64,000 bases of DNA from Planctomycetota bacterium (lineage in GTDB: Bacteria; Planctomycetota; Phycisphaerae; UBA1845): contig JBBTCX010000081.1 of NCBI GenBank assembly GCA_038043045.1, positions 5,561-69,560 of the forward strand, given 5' to 3'. The notes beneath the pieces are model-generated. The model was not told the DNA's origin. It searched no databases and worked only from the letters and a program-made list of their open reading frames with translations. A program made the position numbers and the translations under genes. Position 1 is the first letter of the stretch. Each line of letters begins with the position of its first letter. This document shows positions 1-9,496 of the stretch, in pieces.

Positions 1-1196
1 CTCTCTGGATTGACCTTTGATGGTTCTTCCGGAGTATCCTCTCCCTGGACCGGCCCAATCCCCTCGCGTACCGCCGGAGTCGGCAGGCTTTGAATCTCCG
101 ACTCACGAAGCCTGTACCCATCCGGAAATTTTCCAAAAGCGTAAACATTCACCAGGTGATTTCCGTATTGGCTGGCCACGAACAAGAGATAGTCAACATG
201 AAAATCTTCGTGCACATAATTCTTGAAATAGGGAAGCGATGTTGCATCCGTTGCGACACTCGAAGGCAACCCCAGCGCGCCGGGTGAATCGCCAGGCCCG
301 CCGAATCGCATTAAGGTCTGACCGTTCGGGTCAAACATTTGCACGATCTCCGTGGCCCCGTCCACGACATAGACGACTCCGTCCGGTCCGACACGAATGC
401 CACGCGGACGCCCAAATTGCCCGAGAAAATACCCCGGTGTTCCTTTCGCCCAGACCGATTCTCCAGTACGGGTCAACTTCTGGATTCTCCAATTGTGGGT
501 GTCGCTTACATAGAGAAATCCGTCGGGACTTACCGCCAGACTGCTTGGAATTCTCATCTGTCCGGGCTCGCCTCCCGGTCCACCAAACGTTCGCAGAACA
601 GTTCCGTTTGTTCGATCCAATACGACGATCTGGCACGTTTCATCGTTGTCGAGGACGAATAACTCATTCTCAAAAACGGCAACATCCACCGGTCGACAGG
701 GCGGAGGAACATCGAACGCGGTGACGTATTGATCCTCGGGTCCAAAAACCACGATTTGCTTGCGTTCCGAGTCGACCACGAACTTATAGTTGGCGGAATC
801 CATCGCCACATTCAACGGTTTGCGCAACCGCCCGGGCCCGCTTACCCCAAAAACGGAAAACGCTTGCTGGCGAAAATCCAACCGACACATGCTCAATCCC
901 TTGGTGTCGCAAACGTAGGCAACCCCGTCTCGAACAGCGATTCCGTAGGGTTTTTGTATTGCTCTCTTGGCGGCCGGTTCTTTTCCCAGAATGTAATCTT
1001 CAAACGTGCCTTTGCGAGGCTCAAGCTCGTCCGCTCCGCTTGCCCAAGTCAAAAACTGAATTCGAGGAGGTTCAGGCGGCGCCGGGAAAAAAAGAGCCGG
1101 CTGGTTGTTCCTGGCCGCACGCTGACAACCGAATGCGCCCAACGCCGTTACGGTACAGGCTACTATCAATGAGCAGAAGATTCGCACAGTTTTCAT
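1..1196 (-). CDS. NHL-repeat beta-propeller lipoprotein, partial (3' end runs off the left edge)
   Basis: Absent from the supplied ORF track because it has no stop codon inside the window. My manual reverse-strand translation from the ATG (rc of cat 1194-1196) gives MKTVRIFCSLIVACTVTALGAFGC, a signal peptide with a lipobox Cys. NHL-like units follow: YGIAVRDGVAYVCD, PLNVAMDSANYKFVVDS, PVDVAVFENELFVLDN, PSSLAVSPDGFLYVSDTHNWRIQK, PRGIRVGPDGVVYVVDGATEIVQMFD. The frame stays open to about position 3. Confidence 0.7.
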   Translation of the reverse strand, partial: MKTVRIFCSLIVACTVTALGAFGCQRAARNNQPALFFPAPPEPPRIQFLTWASGADELEPRKGTFEDYILGKEPAAKRAIQKPYGIAVRDGVAYVCDTKGLSMCRLDFRQQAFSVFGVSGPGRLRKPLNVAMDSANYKFVVDSERKQIVVFGPEDQYVTAFDVPPPCRPVDVAVFENELFVLDNDETCQIVVLDRTNGTVLRTFGGPGGEPGQMRIPSSLAVSPDGFLYVSDTHNWRIQKLTRTGESVWAKGTPGYFLGQFGRPRGIRVGPDGVVYVVDGATEIVQMFDPNGQTLMRFGGPGDSPGALGLPSSVATDATSLPYFKNYVHEDFHVDYLLFVASQYGNHLVNVYAFGKFPDGYRLRESEIQSLPTPAVREGIGPVQGEDTPEEPSKVNPE

Positions 1197-1382
1197 TCAG
1201 AACCTCGCCACCGCATTCTAACGCCCGCACGACGGCGCTCCAGATCAAAAAGCAAAGACTGGATTGCGCGATTCCACCTGCAACTTGCGTCATTTGACGC
1301 AACGACGTTTCCCCGGGAACCGTGGAATCAGGGGCCAGAGGAATCACAGGTTTTTGAATCGTTCGAGAAAGGCTCGGAAACG

Positions 1383-2834
1383 TCACTCCGAAGGCAACGT
1401 TTCAGAATAGGCGCCGATGTCCGATGCTAGGTCAACGTCCCATTGAAGAAGCTCTAATGCCGGCATCGGTGTTCCGGGGTGGCCAAAGCGAATGAGATGC
1501 AAAAACTCCCAAGGGTTCACTTGTGCCACGGTTCCGACATATTCTGGAGAAACATCGGTTCCGAAGTTCAAGCTCCGGCCGTCGAAGCCATGGCAAGAAC
1601 TGCACACCGTATCGAAAAGGAACTGGCCGAATTGTAGATCGCCGAAGAACGCTCCGTCCGCGGAAATATAGCTATTTGTATCCAAGACTCCTTCCCGCGT
1701 CCATTTGACGACGTCCCAGAGGTCTCCTTCAGTCATTCCGTATGCACTCATGGCGTGCCCGTTGGGCTGTTGCGTCGGATTGCTTTGGAGCAAATCGAAG
1801 ATTTCTTGGGCAGTCTTCTCCGTATCGAAAACTCCGCGGATCCCCGTGGCGTGCGACCCGGAACCGTATCGGCCGTCCAAACCTTTGTAGTCCCAACCAT
1901 GGCATTCTTTGCAGCGGAAGGTGATCGCCCCCGCGCGCGGGCCATCGAGCGGATACAAGGGATGATTTCCGCTGGGGGCCTGGCCTCCGATGACGGTCCA
2001 CCACTGATCAAAAATCTGCCCACCTCGCACCACGTCTGCTCGTACGTAATTCGCCGGCAACACGGCTGTCGGACCTACCATCGCGGCGACGAAATCGGCC
2101 AAGTCAGAAAGTGACACGGCGTCGTCGCGGGTGAGATCGACATAGGCACACGCTTCCTCGCTCATAGTTCCATCCAAGAGGAAGCACCGTTGCATCACGG
2201 CAAAGTCATTTAAATCGGCATCCCCATCGCCATCGGCGTCCCCGGGCAGGGCATAGTTGATCGTCGAGTGGGTCGAATAGAAACGGTCGCCGACGAAAAA
2301 CTCGGCGTTGTTGATTGCATTGCCGGACACAAAAAAAGTGATGGAACTTGCGTCGGTTTCCGGTGCTTGCCAACGCAAGTGATAGTCATAAGAACCGCCG
2401 TTGTTGCCCCATTCCGCGACGGAGTCGATGACTCCCGTCTCCGTGTGCATCATGTACTTGGAATTGCTTCCGAACGCACCAAAATCCGTATGGATCGGGT
2501 CTACAACGATGAGTTGCCCGGCGTGAGCGTTACGGCCTTCGGCGCTGATCTGAAAACCCGCGCCTGCCTGTTCGGGATCGCCAATGCGCACAATCAAATC
2601 ATAGAATGCGCCACCCCGATAGCGTTGTGGAACTCCCAAGAGCTCAACTTGCCCGGGGCCTTCGTTGAAGACGTGACACGCCGAACAGTTTCGGCCTTCA
2701 CCCGCCGGTCCCCCGGAATAACCCCCGTCCAGACCAAAACGCGAGGCAAAAAGTGCCGGGGCAAGCAACCCCAAGCTCGCCCCGGCACACAGGATAATCT
2801 TCACCGCTTGCTTGCGCATCATTCCCCTCCTCAA
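1383..2834 (-). CDS. Secreted tri-haem c-type cytochrome with internal dockerin-like EF-hand module
   Basis: 483-aa ORF. N-terminal signal peptide (KIILCAGASLGLLAPALFA). Three CXXCH motifs (CSACH, CKECH, CSSCH). Double Ca-loop module DADGDGDADLNDF...DLTRDDAVSLSDLADF at about nt 2073-2249. Confidence 0.8.
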   Translation of the reverse strand: MRRGMMRKQAVKIILCAGASLGLLAPALFASRFGLDGGYSGGPAGEGRNCSACHVFNEGPGQVELLGVPQRYRGGAFYDLIVRIGDPEQAGAGFQISAEGRNAHAGQLIVVDPIHTDFGAFGSNSKYMMHTETGVIDSVAEWGNNGGSYDYHLRWQAPETDASSITFFVSGNAINNAEFFVGDRFYSTHSTINYALPGDADGDGDADLNDFAVMQRCFLLDGTMSEEACAYVDLTRDDAVSLSDLADFVAAMVGPTAVLPANYVRADVVRGGQIFDQWWTVIGGQAPSGNHPLYPLDGPRAGAITFRCKECHGWDYKGLDGRYGSGSHATGIRGVFDTEKTAQEIFDLLQSNPTQQPNGHAMSAYGMTEGDLWDVVKWTREGVLDTNSYISADGAFFGDLQFGQFLFDTVCSSCHGFDGRSLNFGTDVSPEYVGTVAQVNPWEFLHLIRFGHPGTPMPALELLQWDVDLASDIGAYSETLPSE

Positions 2835-2878
2835 GCGCGACGGCCATTGGCGCTGGATTCATGTACCGTGCATTCGCA

Positions 2879-5656
2879 CTACGGGGCCGGGGAATACCGA
2901 TACGCGGCGTTGGCCACGGGGTTGTTCGTGATCCCTTTGTACGCGATTTGCAACAGCCCGATCGCATAACCCGTGTTCTTGACTCCTAAGTCGCCGCTGT
3001 TGTCCACATACTCCCAGTTCCAAATGGCATCTTCGACCGTCGCGAGTTCGCTGGCGGAGACACTGTTGTTGCAAGTTCCACCACCCGGACAATCAAAAGG
3101 CGCGGTTCCGGTGCAAACGAGCCCGTTTCTCGAACCACCCGCACAGATCTTAGTTGCCCAATAGGGATTGACCCCAGCACCTGTGATAGGATCGAGCAGT
3201 CGAAACGCGCCTGCGGCGTTGAGCGCCAACTCAAGCAAATCCAATAGTCCGCGCGTTTCGTCTTGGATACCTTCCGTAAGAAGGTCGCCATCATAGTTTC
3301 CATTGGCCGTGATGTTGATGGCCGTTGCACCTGGGTGGCAGGCCGCCGAAGCACAGGTGTTGGCAACGTTTTCAAACCCAGTCGCATGGTCTTTCAGGCG
3401 GAAGGTGTGCCCTCCGACTTTGCCCACTTCCGGACCGGAAGATGGTCCCATCGCCATGTGGCAAGTCGTGCAACCGATTCCCGCGTTGGTGGTATGGTTG
3501 GAGTTCGAAAGCTCGTAGGCCGTACCGTCGAAACTGGTGACGCCATTCACGCCTTCGAGCATCACTCCACCTGAGAGATAGTGAATAGTTGTGACACCCG
3601 GCGGGTTGGGAATTGGAGGTTGTCTTCTACCGTTGTGGCAAGAAACGCAAGTCGCGCCCGGTCCCGCGTCCGTGATGATCTGCCCGGAAGGAAGGGTTAC
3701 CTCATCATAGATCCTGAGCATCGATTCATCTTGCGATCCTCCGTGCGTGTTGTGGCACACCAAGCAGTCCACAACCCGAAGGTCTCCGCGCTGTGATGCC
3801 GCCGCTACGCCATTGGAGAAGTCAATGTAGCCAAATCCGGAGTGGCACTGCCTGCAAGCACTCCGGTTCGACAACGACCAATCATAATGGATGAACGGAT
3901 CGGCCTGTGTGTCCGCATGTCCCGCGATGCTCCATTGCTCCACGATATCTGTGTGGCATTCGCCACATAGGGTCGGGTCCATCGCGGTCAGTCGTTTCAT
4001 CGCCGGCGGATTGGGTGACGTTTGAGCAAGCAGGTGGTCACCTCCCGCACGGTAGAGTTCTCTTCGCATATAGTTCACCAGCGGAGCGCATTGCGCGTTG
4101 GTTTGACAAACGGAGTTGTGGAACGGGCCACCTTGGCAAATCCCACCGGCGCAAAGCCCACTTTCCGTGCTTTGGTGCGGATCATGGCAGGTGGCGCAGC
4201 GAACATTGCCGTTATCCAAATGGAGAGCGAGATCACTTTGCGGATCCAAGTCTTCCGCTGCAACGCCCCACGGATGTGAATTCTCATCGGTACCTGGTCC
4301 GATCCAGGCGCTTCCGGCAATCTTGCCCGCTGAGTGACAGGACTGGCACAGGTTTTCTTGTCCCGCCGAGGTCAGCATTCCGCCGGGCGCGCCGTCTAGA
4401 CCATGGCATCGTCCGCACCGGTTGGCAATGTCGAGAATATGCGGGGCATTGACTCCGGGGTGTTCGGCGACCACTCGGTCGTCATCGAGAAAGTCGTTGA
4501 CGGTTCCGGCACCGAAGTTTGCGACCGCTATCTGGAGGTCTTTGATGTTTAGGGATCGATCGTGGTTGAAATCCAAGCTTTTGCGATAGTCGCCGGCGCG
4601 CATGGCGGTGACGATTTCAGCGGGATTGTCTGGAAAAACCGGATGAGGTCTGTTCTTCGACATTCGAGCGCCACGATCGTCGGCTTCCGTGCCGGGACCT
4701 TCCCCTCCAGATCCCGGCGCGTCAACCGAAGTTGTTGCGACAGACGAACCGGTTGTACAAAGCAGGCTAAACACTTCCACGGCACTGTTGTTCGTGTCGG
4801 CCACGAACAAGCGCCCTGCACTATTTATCATGACATCGCATGGCACTCTTACTTGGCCCGTGGCCGCGCCAAAGTTGACCAGCGGCTCGTGGTTGGTCCC
4901 CAATTCCCGTCCCGTTGCGCTGAACACCCGCACTGTTCCCATGAGCGCGTCGGATATGTAAATGTTGCTGCACGCATCCACAGCCACACCTTCGCTTCGG
5001 GCAAACCAAGCGATTTCGCCAAACGCGGAATAGAGAAGTCGATACCCGAACTTGAAGAGCACGGTACCGTTGGGGTCGAATACTTGCACCCTAAAGTTGT
5101 CGGCGTCCGTGACGATCACGTGGTGGAGGGCGGAATCTATAGCGATGGCTTGGGGCGAGATGTACTGGCCTAGACCGGGCCCTCCCATGCCCCATGAGCG
5201 TACCAGCGTCCAACTGGGTGGGGCTGTCTCACGAAATACCAGGACCCGATTCGCGCCGGCATCCACGACGTACAACTCCAGTGCGACGGAATCAAAGGCC
5301 AGACCGTTCGGTGCGGTCATGGTTAAAGGCGACGGGTTCACCGTTCCCGCCGAAACCAAGGCGGAACTGTAAACACCAACAGCCCCGTCGTCCCGGGATA
5401 GAAAGATTCGCCCATCCGAATGGGTCGCAATCCCGATCGGTCGCCCTGCCACAGTCACGGTGCTGACAAATGCACCAGTCGCGTCGAACTGGACGACTTG
5501 GTTGGTGGGAGGATCAGTGACATAAACTCCTCCTCCTGTTGCGGGCGCCAATCGCGCCGGATACTGCAAATTCGTGGCGATCGTCGCTACATGGTCTACT
5601 TCAGATGTTTGCCCAAGCGTAGCGGAAACCAACAGCAACACACATGCGGTTGTCAT
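2879..5656 (-). CDS. NHL-repeat beta-propeller fused to a multihaem cytochrome c (8 CXXCH + 1 CX4CH)
   Basis: 925-aa ORF with signal peptide MTTACVLLLVSATLGQTSE. The N-terminal ~330 aa carry NHL-like repeats (PARLAPATGGGVYVTD, PIGIATHSDGRIFLS, PNGLAFDSVALELYVVDAGANRVLVF, PQAIAIDSALHHVIVTDADNFRVQVFD, SEGVAVDACSNIYISD, PCDVMINSAGRLFVADTNNSAVEVF). The C-terminal part has CGRCH, CQSCH, CATCH, CGECH, CRQCH, CLVCH, CVSCH, CTTCH and CASAACH. Confidence 0.85.
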   Translation of the reverse strand: MTTACVLLLVSATLGQTSEVDHVATIATNLQYPARLAPATGGGVYVTDPPTNQVVQFDATGAFVSTVTVAGRPIGIATHSDGRIFLSRDDGAVGVYSSALVSAGTVNPSPLTMTAPNGLAFDSVALELYVVDAGANRVLVFRETAPPSWTLVRSWGMGGPGLGQYISPQAIAIDSALHHVIVTDADNFRVQVFDPNGTVLFKFGYRLLYSAFGEIAWFARSEGVAVDACSNIYISDALMGTVRVFSATGRELGTNHEPLVNFGAATGQVRVPCDVMINSAGRLFVADTNNSAVEVFSLLCTTGSSVATTSVDAPGSGGEGPGTEADDRGARMSKNRPHPVFPDNPAEIVTAMRAGDYRKSLDFNHDRSLNIKDLQIAVANFGAGTVNDFLDDDRVVAEHPGVNAPHILDIANRCGRCHGLDGAPGGMLTSAGQENLCQSCHSAGKIAGSAWIGPGTDENSHPWGVAAEDLDPQSDLALHLDNGNVRCATCHDPHQSTESGLCAGGICQGGPFHNSVCQTNAQCAPLVNYMRRELYRAGGDHLLAQTSPNPPAMKRLTAMDPTLCGECHTDIVEQWSIAGHADTQADPFIHYDWSLSNRSACRQCHSGFGYIDFSNGVAAASQRGDLRVVDCLVCHNTHGGSQDESMLRIYDEVTLPSGQIITDAGPGATCVSCHNGRRQPPIPNPPGVTTIHYLSGGVMLEGVNGVTSFDGTAYELSNSNHTTNAGIGCTTCHMAMGPSSGPEVGKVGGHTFRLKDHATGFENVANTCASAACHPGATAINITANGNYDGDLLTEGIQDETRGLLDLLELALNAAGAFRLLDPITGAGVNPYWATKICAGGSRNGLVCTGTAPFDCPGGGTCNNSVSASELATVEDAIWNWEYVDNSGDLGVKNTGYAIGLLQIAYKGITNNPVANAAYRYSPAP

Positions 5657-5875
5657 TTCTCGTTCTCCTCTTTCAGAGCCCTCAAGTCGCTCAAATTCAT
5701 CGAGTTCGAGCTAAGATCTCCTGAACTGAAGCCCGAACTTCTCTCTAGAGGATTATCATAGCAAACGGCGTACCACGATCTGTAGTGACGGGGATCGCGT
5801 ATGCCCATCTGCAACGCGACAATCGGGCGGCGAACCATATTGAGTCCTCTATTTGATGCATGGATGGGTCTTAAT

Positions 5876-6733
5876 CTACGGAAAGAAAAAGCTGCGGTAG
5901 AATTGAAAAGACTCGAAATCCATCAAGTCGACATCCGAATCTAGATCGAAATCAAAGATTCGGCAATCCTGGCCGGCAATAGTTCCTGGTCCAGCAAAAC
6001 AGCTGGTGAATGCGCGAAAGTCAACGGGATCAACGTCTCTGTCTAGGTCGGAATCTCCAGGAACGGCCAAATCGACCGTTAGGGTTGGCTTCGATTGGGG
6101 TTCAGAATCAACCGCATCGATAAAAACTTGATTAAGCAACTCGAACGTAGCTGGATTTACTTGGCATCGAAACGCCACCCGGAAGATTTTTTGGCCTAAC
6201 GTGTCGTTCACAACTCTACTTGCGTCAAACGTCCGATAAGTTGGAGATTGAAACGGTGCGATTAGGGTACTGCCGATCAGTTTCGCGGGTTCTTTATTAA
6301 AATCAGTTGGATTCTCAAGGAGATCCGCAGGGTAGGAATAAACGTGGAAGTCCGTATCGGCAGCCGGAAACCGAGGTGCTCCACGTAAGAGAACGGTCCA
6401 TTTGGCTGTGATAGGTAGAGAGGTCGGGATCGTCGCCAAGTTGTATTCAAAGACGACGCGATGCTCGACGTTGACGGAATCGGAACCTCGATTGAGTGTG
6501 ATAGTACCCTCATAACTAGATTGATTGAAGGACCAATCCCAGTCGTCGGCAACACCATCGAAAGATCCGTAGTTTCCGCCGTCAGCTAACGTCCCATCTG
6601 CTTGGGGTGAAACGGTAATCGCGCCGGCAATCTTGAGGTTTGCGACGTTGCCGATGGCAATGGCCACGCAAGTGAACGCAAGCTTGGCTCGAAGCCCGAT
6701 TGCGGTTGATTTTTCGAATGATCGCGAACTCAC
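5876..6733 (-). CDS. Secreted protein of unknown function with C-terminal dockerin-like module
   Basis: 285-aa ORF with a hydrophobic N-terminus (LAFTCVAIAIGNVANL). C-terminus reads DSDLDRDVDPVDFRAFTSCFAGPG...CRIFDFDLDSDVDLMDFESFQ (two EF-hand-like loops around a C..GPG..C linker). Confidence 0.7.
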   Translation of the reverse strand: MSSRSFEKSTAIGLRAKLAFTCVAIAIGNVANLKIAGAITVSPQADGTLADGGNYGSFDGVADDWDWSFNQSSYEGTITLNRGSDSVNVEHRVVFEYNLATIPTSLPITAKWTVLLRGAPRFPAADTDFHVYSYPADLLENPTDFNKEPAKLIGSTLIAPFQSPTYRTFDASRVVNDTLGQKIFRVAFRCQVNPATFELLNQVFIDAVDSEPQSKPTLTVDLAVPGDSDLDRDVDPVDFRAFTSCFAGPGTIAGQDCRIFDFDLDSDVDLMDFESFQFYRSFFFP

Positions 6734-6923
6734 CGACTCTCCTCCGTGGTATTGTATAGGTAAGTTTCATCATTTCTCATACCGTAACCCCTACATTTCT
6801 TCATGGACGGCTCGTAAGAGTCGCATGGGTTTCTTATAGGCCTTCGGTGACGGCTTGGAATTCGCATGTCCCCATAAGCTCTGAATCTGACTCTGCGGGA
6901 TATCGTAATCTCCGTACAGACCT

Positions 6924-7823
6924 ATGGGATTATTCAGAGCGTCATCCTTTGGAGGGGATGGCATTTTCCTGCCGAGGCGGTGGTGCGGACGATTACACAA
7001 CGACCGCGCCATTTCACGCACTTTCGGTTTGGCGGGATCGCGTGTTCGCTTGGGCAGCCTGTTTGGTGCAAATCCATTAGGCGTTGGGATTCTGTTGGTC
7101 TTGTTTCTTGGACTCCCGATCGGGAGTCTTTTAGCGTGGACCTCTTCAAGTGCTCAGTCCAACGGCCGATGGCTGGGCCATGGGCCGGGAGACATGAATC
7201 ATCCGGTCTTTGTGGTCCCGACCGCAGCGGTGCGGGTGCCTTCGGACTGGCCATTGGACGCAAATGGGGCCATTACATGTCTGACTTGCCACACTCGTAT
7301 ACCAGGGCGGGACGAAACCGCACGAATTGAGTTGCGAGGCTTTGACGAAGGCGAAGTGGGCGGTAACCCGGTGAGTTTTTGCGCGGTTTGCCATCAGGTT
7401 GATGGATTTCGCTCGGCATCAGGGACGCACTGGTTGGCCAACGCCAAAGCGCATATTCATGTTTCGTCTGATGAGTCTCAAGGTTGGGGTGGTCGATTGG
7501 ATGACGAGTCGCGACGGTGTTTGGGGTGCCACGATGGGGTTGGCGCCGGCGAAACAAGCTACGAAACGGGGCACAACCAACATAACGGCGCGTTCGGTGG
7601 TGACGGGCGAAACCACCCGGTTGGGATCGCGTACCCACGCGGAGGGAAGGATCGAAACGGAATCAGGTACCACATACCGGCGACACTTCCAAAGTCCGTT
7701 CGCCTTCCCGGTGGGACGGTAGGATGCGTCTCTTGTCACGACCTTTACTCGGCGGAACCGATGTACCTCAGTGTTCGCATCGAGGGGTCGGCCCTCTGTT
7801 TCACATGCCATGACATGAATTGA
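6924..7823 (+). CDS. Pentahaem c-type cytochrome (paired-CXXCH type); start uncertain
   Basis: 299-aa ORF with CLTCH, CAVCH, CLGCH, CVSCH, CFTCH. A hydrophobic segment GVGILLVLFLGLPIGSLLAW precedes the haem region, so the true start may lie downstream of 6924. It shares the NHPVGIAYP motif with the tetrahaem gene at 10745. Confidence 0.8.
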   Translation: MGLFRASSFGGDGIFLPRRWCGRLHNDRAISRTFGLAGSRVRLGSLFGANPLGVGILLVLFLGLPIGSLLAWTSSSAQSNGRWLGHGPGDMNHPVFVVPTAAVRVPSDWPLDANGAITCLTCHTRIPGRDETARIELRGFDEGEVGGNPVSFCAVCHQVDGFRSASGTHWLANAKAHIHVSSDESQGWGGRLDDESRRCLGCHDGVGAGETSYETGHNQHNGAFGGDGRNHPVGIAYPRGGKDRNGIRYHIPATLPKSVRLPGGTVGCVSCHDLYSAEPMYLSVRIEGSALCFTCHDMN

Positions 7824-7827
7824 ATGG

Positions 7828-8058
7828 TCAGGGAGCTTGCAAGGGTCTGACCCCGGCAAAAACGATGTCGAGAGCGGCGTTGACCACCCCGCGGACCCCG
7901 GTCTCGAAAGCGTCCACGACGACATTTTGGGCATCGACGATGACATTTCGAAACTCCGGGCGGCAGCCGCCGATCGCCGTTACCATTGATATGCACACCG
8001 CAGCCACAGTCGCTCCGCCAAGACCTCTGCTTCGACTCCCACGAATTTTTCTTTTCAC
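7828..8058 (-). CDS. Possible small lipoprotein (76 aa), convergent with the pentahaem gene
   Basis: GTG start (rc of cac 8056-8058) preceded by GGAG with a 7-nt spacer on the minus strand (GATAGTGGAGTTTTTTTGTG). N-terminus MKRKIRGSRSRGLGGATVAAVCISMVTAIGGC resembles a lipoprotein signal. I recognise no similarity to a known family. Confidence 0.35.
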   Translation of the reverse strand: MKRKIRGSRSRGLGGATVAAVCISMVTAIGGCRPEFRNVIVDAQNVVVDAFETGVRGVVNAALDIVFAGVRPLQAP

Positions 8059-8290
8059 AAAAAAACTCCACTATCCGGGCAATTATCTTCAACGGCACGC
8101 ATTTTGCCCAGGTCCTTCCAGGCCAGGAAGTGGCGGTGAGCAAATTGAATGCCACTGCTTGACGATTTTCTACCTATGGGTTGTAGTTTACCAAGGCGTC
8201 TTTGGAAACGGAACCGCGCCCGGCTCGCTCGATGCGTATGTAACTTTTCCAAAGAGTGCGCAGGTGGTCTTTTTACAGGCGGACAGAATC

Positions 8291-9496
8291 GTGGTTGGAT
8301 GCAGATTTGACGTTTTGGTTTCCTCGGTGGTCTTTTTTGGTGTCTTATGGTGCTGGCCAGCGGCAGCGATCGCTCAGCATTCGAGTCATCCCACGCACCC
8401 GCCCATGTCGGACACGCTGCTTTTTCTGCGGATAGAGCGGGATGCCGCGACAGGAATTCCAGCAAAAGATGTCCCCTTGGTCTTGACGTCAGCTGAAGCG
8501 GAAAAGGAGTTGAATCAGAGCGTTGAATGGGCCGAGGGTGAGCCGCCTTTGCGGTTGATCCGGTATTTGCCGCATGGCACACTTGAACAAACCGCGTTGC
8601 CCGCCGACGGAGAATCCGCTCGTCCGGCGGTAGAGTTGGTGATCGAGGGTCCGACCCAATCCGTTCGACGTTGGCTTTTGGCCGATGATCCGGCACGAAA
8701 TCGATTAACGAGTTATATCGGGACTTGGCGGTTCATATCGACTGGAGATCGCCAGGGTCGGGACGATTTGTTACGCCAGTTTGAAACGGAATTTGAACGT
8801 GAACCGCAATTGCTGGTCAGCCGGCCCAGCGGTGACCCCGAGCATCGACTACCCTTACGAATCGACACGAGGCAGGCGATTGAGGAATTGGGCAGCACCG
8901 TTCGCGTGCTGCGGTTTTTCCCTGATTATTCGTTGGATCGAGAAAAGTCCGGTGGGGGAGAGGGCCCGGTGAACCGGTCTCAACAGCGCCGCAATCCCGC
9001 AGTGTTGGTCGAGATTGCCAAGGATGGTCGCACGGAGCAGCGATGGGTGTTTGCCAAGTTCCCGAGGTTTGGACCCAAAGAGGGGGATCAACTCCCAATT
9101 CGTATCGTACTGGATTGTCCCGTCGAAAGTTCCGGAACCACGCCGGATTTTGTTCTAGTTTCCATGGCCGGGAAAGAGTTGGAGCGCTGGGCTCGATATT
9201 CGGGGAGAACCACAAGTTCTCCACTGGCGCTGCGGGAATCCGTGGAAATTTCCGGGTCGCAATATACGTTTCAAGTCGTGAATTTTTTAGCGGCCGCTCT
9301 TTTGAGTGAAGATTATAAGAGCGCGGAATCGGGGACGGGTGTTTCCGCATTGCAGGTGGAAGTACCCGATCGATCCGGGGGTTCGTCACGGATTTGGCTT
9401 GCTCTGGGGGAATCGAAGACCACCGTTGGTTCAGCCGGGGCGATTTCCCTTCTTTTTCATGCAAAATCCGCGGATAGCCGTGGAGGGCATCCGTGA
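8291..9496 (+). CDS. Secreted protein of unknown function inside the cytochrome cluster
   Basis: Track ORF 7820..9496 trimmed to the in-frame GTG at 8291. This gives (M)VGCRFDVLVSSVVFFGVLWCWPAAAIAQ, a plausible signal peptide. The stop overlaps the next gene start in GTGA (9493-9496). Confidence 0.6.
   Translation: MVGCRFDVLVSSVVFFGVLWCWPAAAIAQHSSHPTHPPMSDTLLFLRIERDAATGIPAKDVPLVLTSAEAEKELNQSVEWAEGEPPLRLIRYLPHGTLEQTALPADGESARPAVELVIEGPTQSVRRWLLADDPARNRLTSYIGTWRFISTGDRQGRDDLLRQFETEFEREPQLLVSRPSGDPEHRLPLRIDTRQAIEELGSTVRVLRFFPDYSLDREKSGGGEGPVNRSQQRRNPAVLVEIAKDGRTEQRWVFAKFPRFGPKEGDQLPIRIVLDCPVESSGTTPDFVLVSMAGKELERWARYSGRTTSSPLALRESVEISGSQYTFQVVNFLAAALLSEDYKSAESGTGVSALQVEVPDRSGGSSRIWLALGESKTTVGSAGAISLLFHAKSADSRGGHP

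Noticed and set aside
7820-8290. N-terminal 157 codons of track ORF 7820..9496
   Set aside because: The translation is low-complexity and Arg/Pro-rich with no signal peptide. A good signal peptide appears only after GTG 8291, and a better-supported small ORF lies on the other strand.
8291-9496. Possible ResB/Ccs1-like (cytochrome c biogenesis) periplasmic domain in the 401-aa unknown protein
   Set aside because: This is only a vague impression from sequence texture (RVLRFFPDYSL...NPAVLVEI...). The protein has no TM helices or His ligands typical of ResB, so it is left as unknown.
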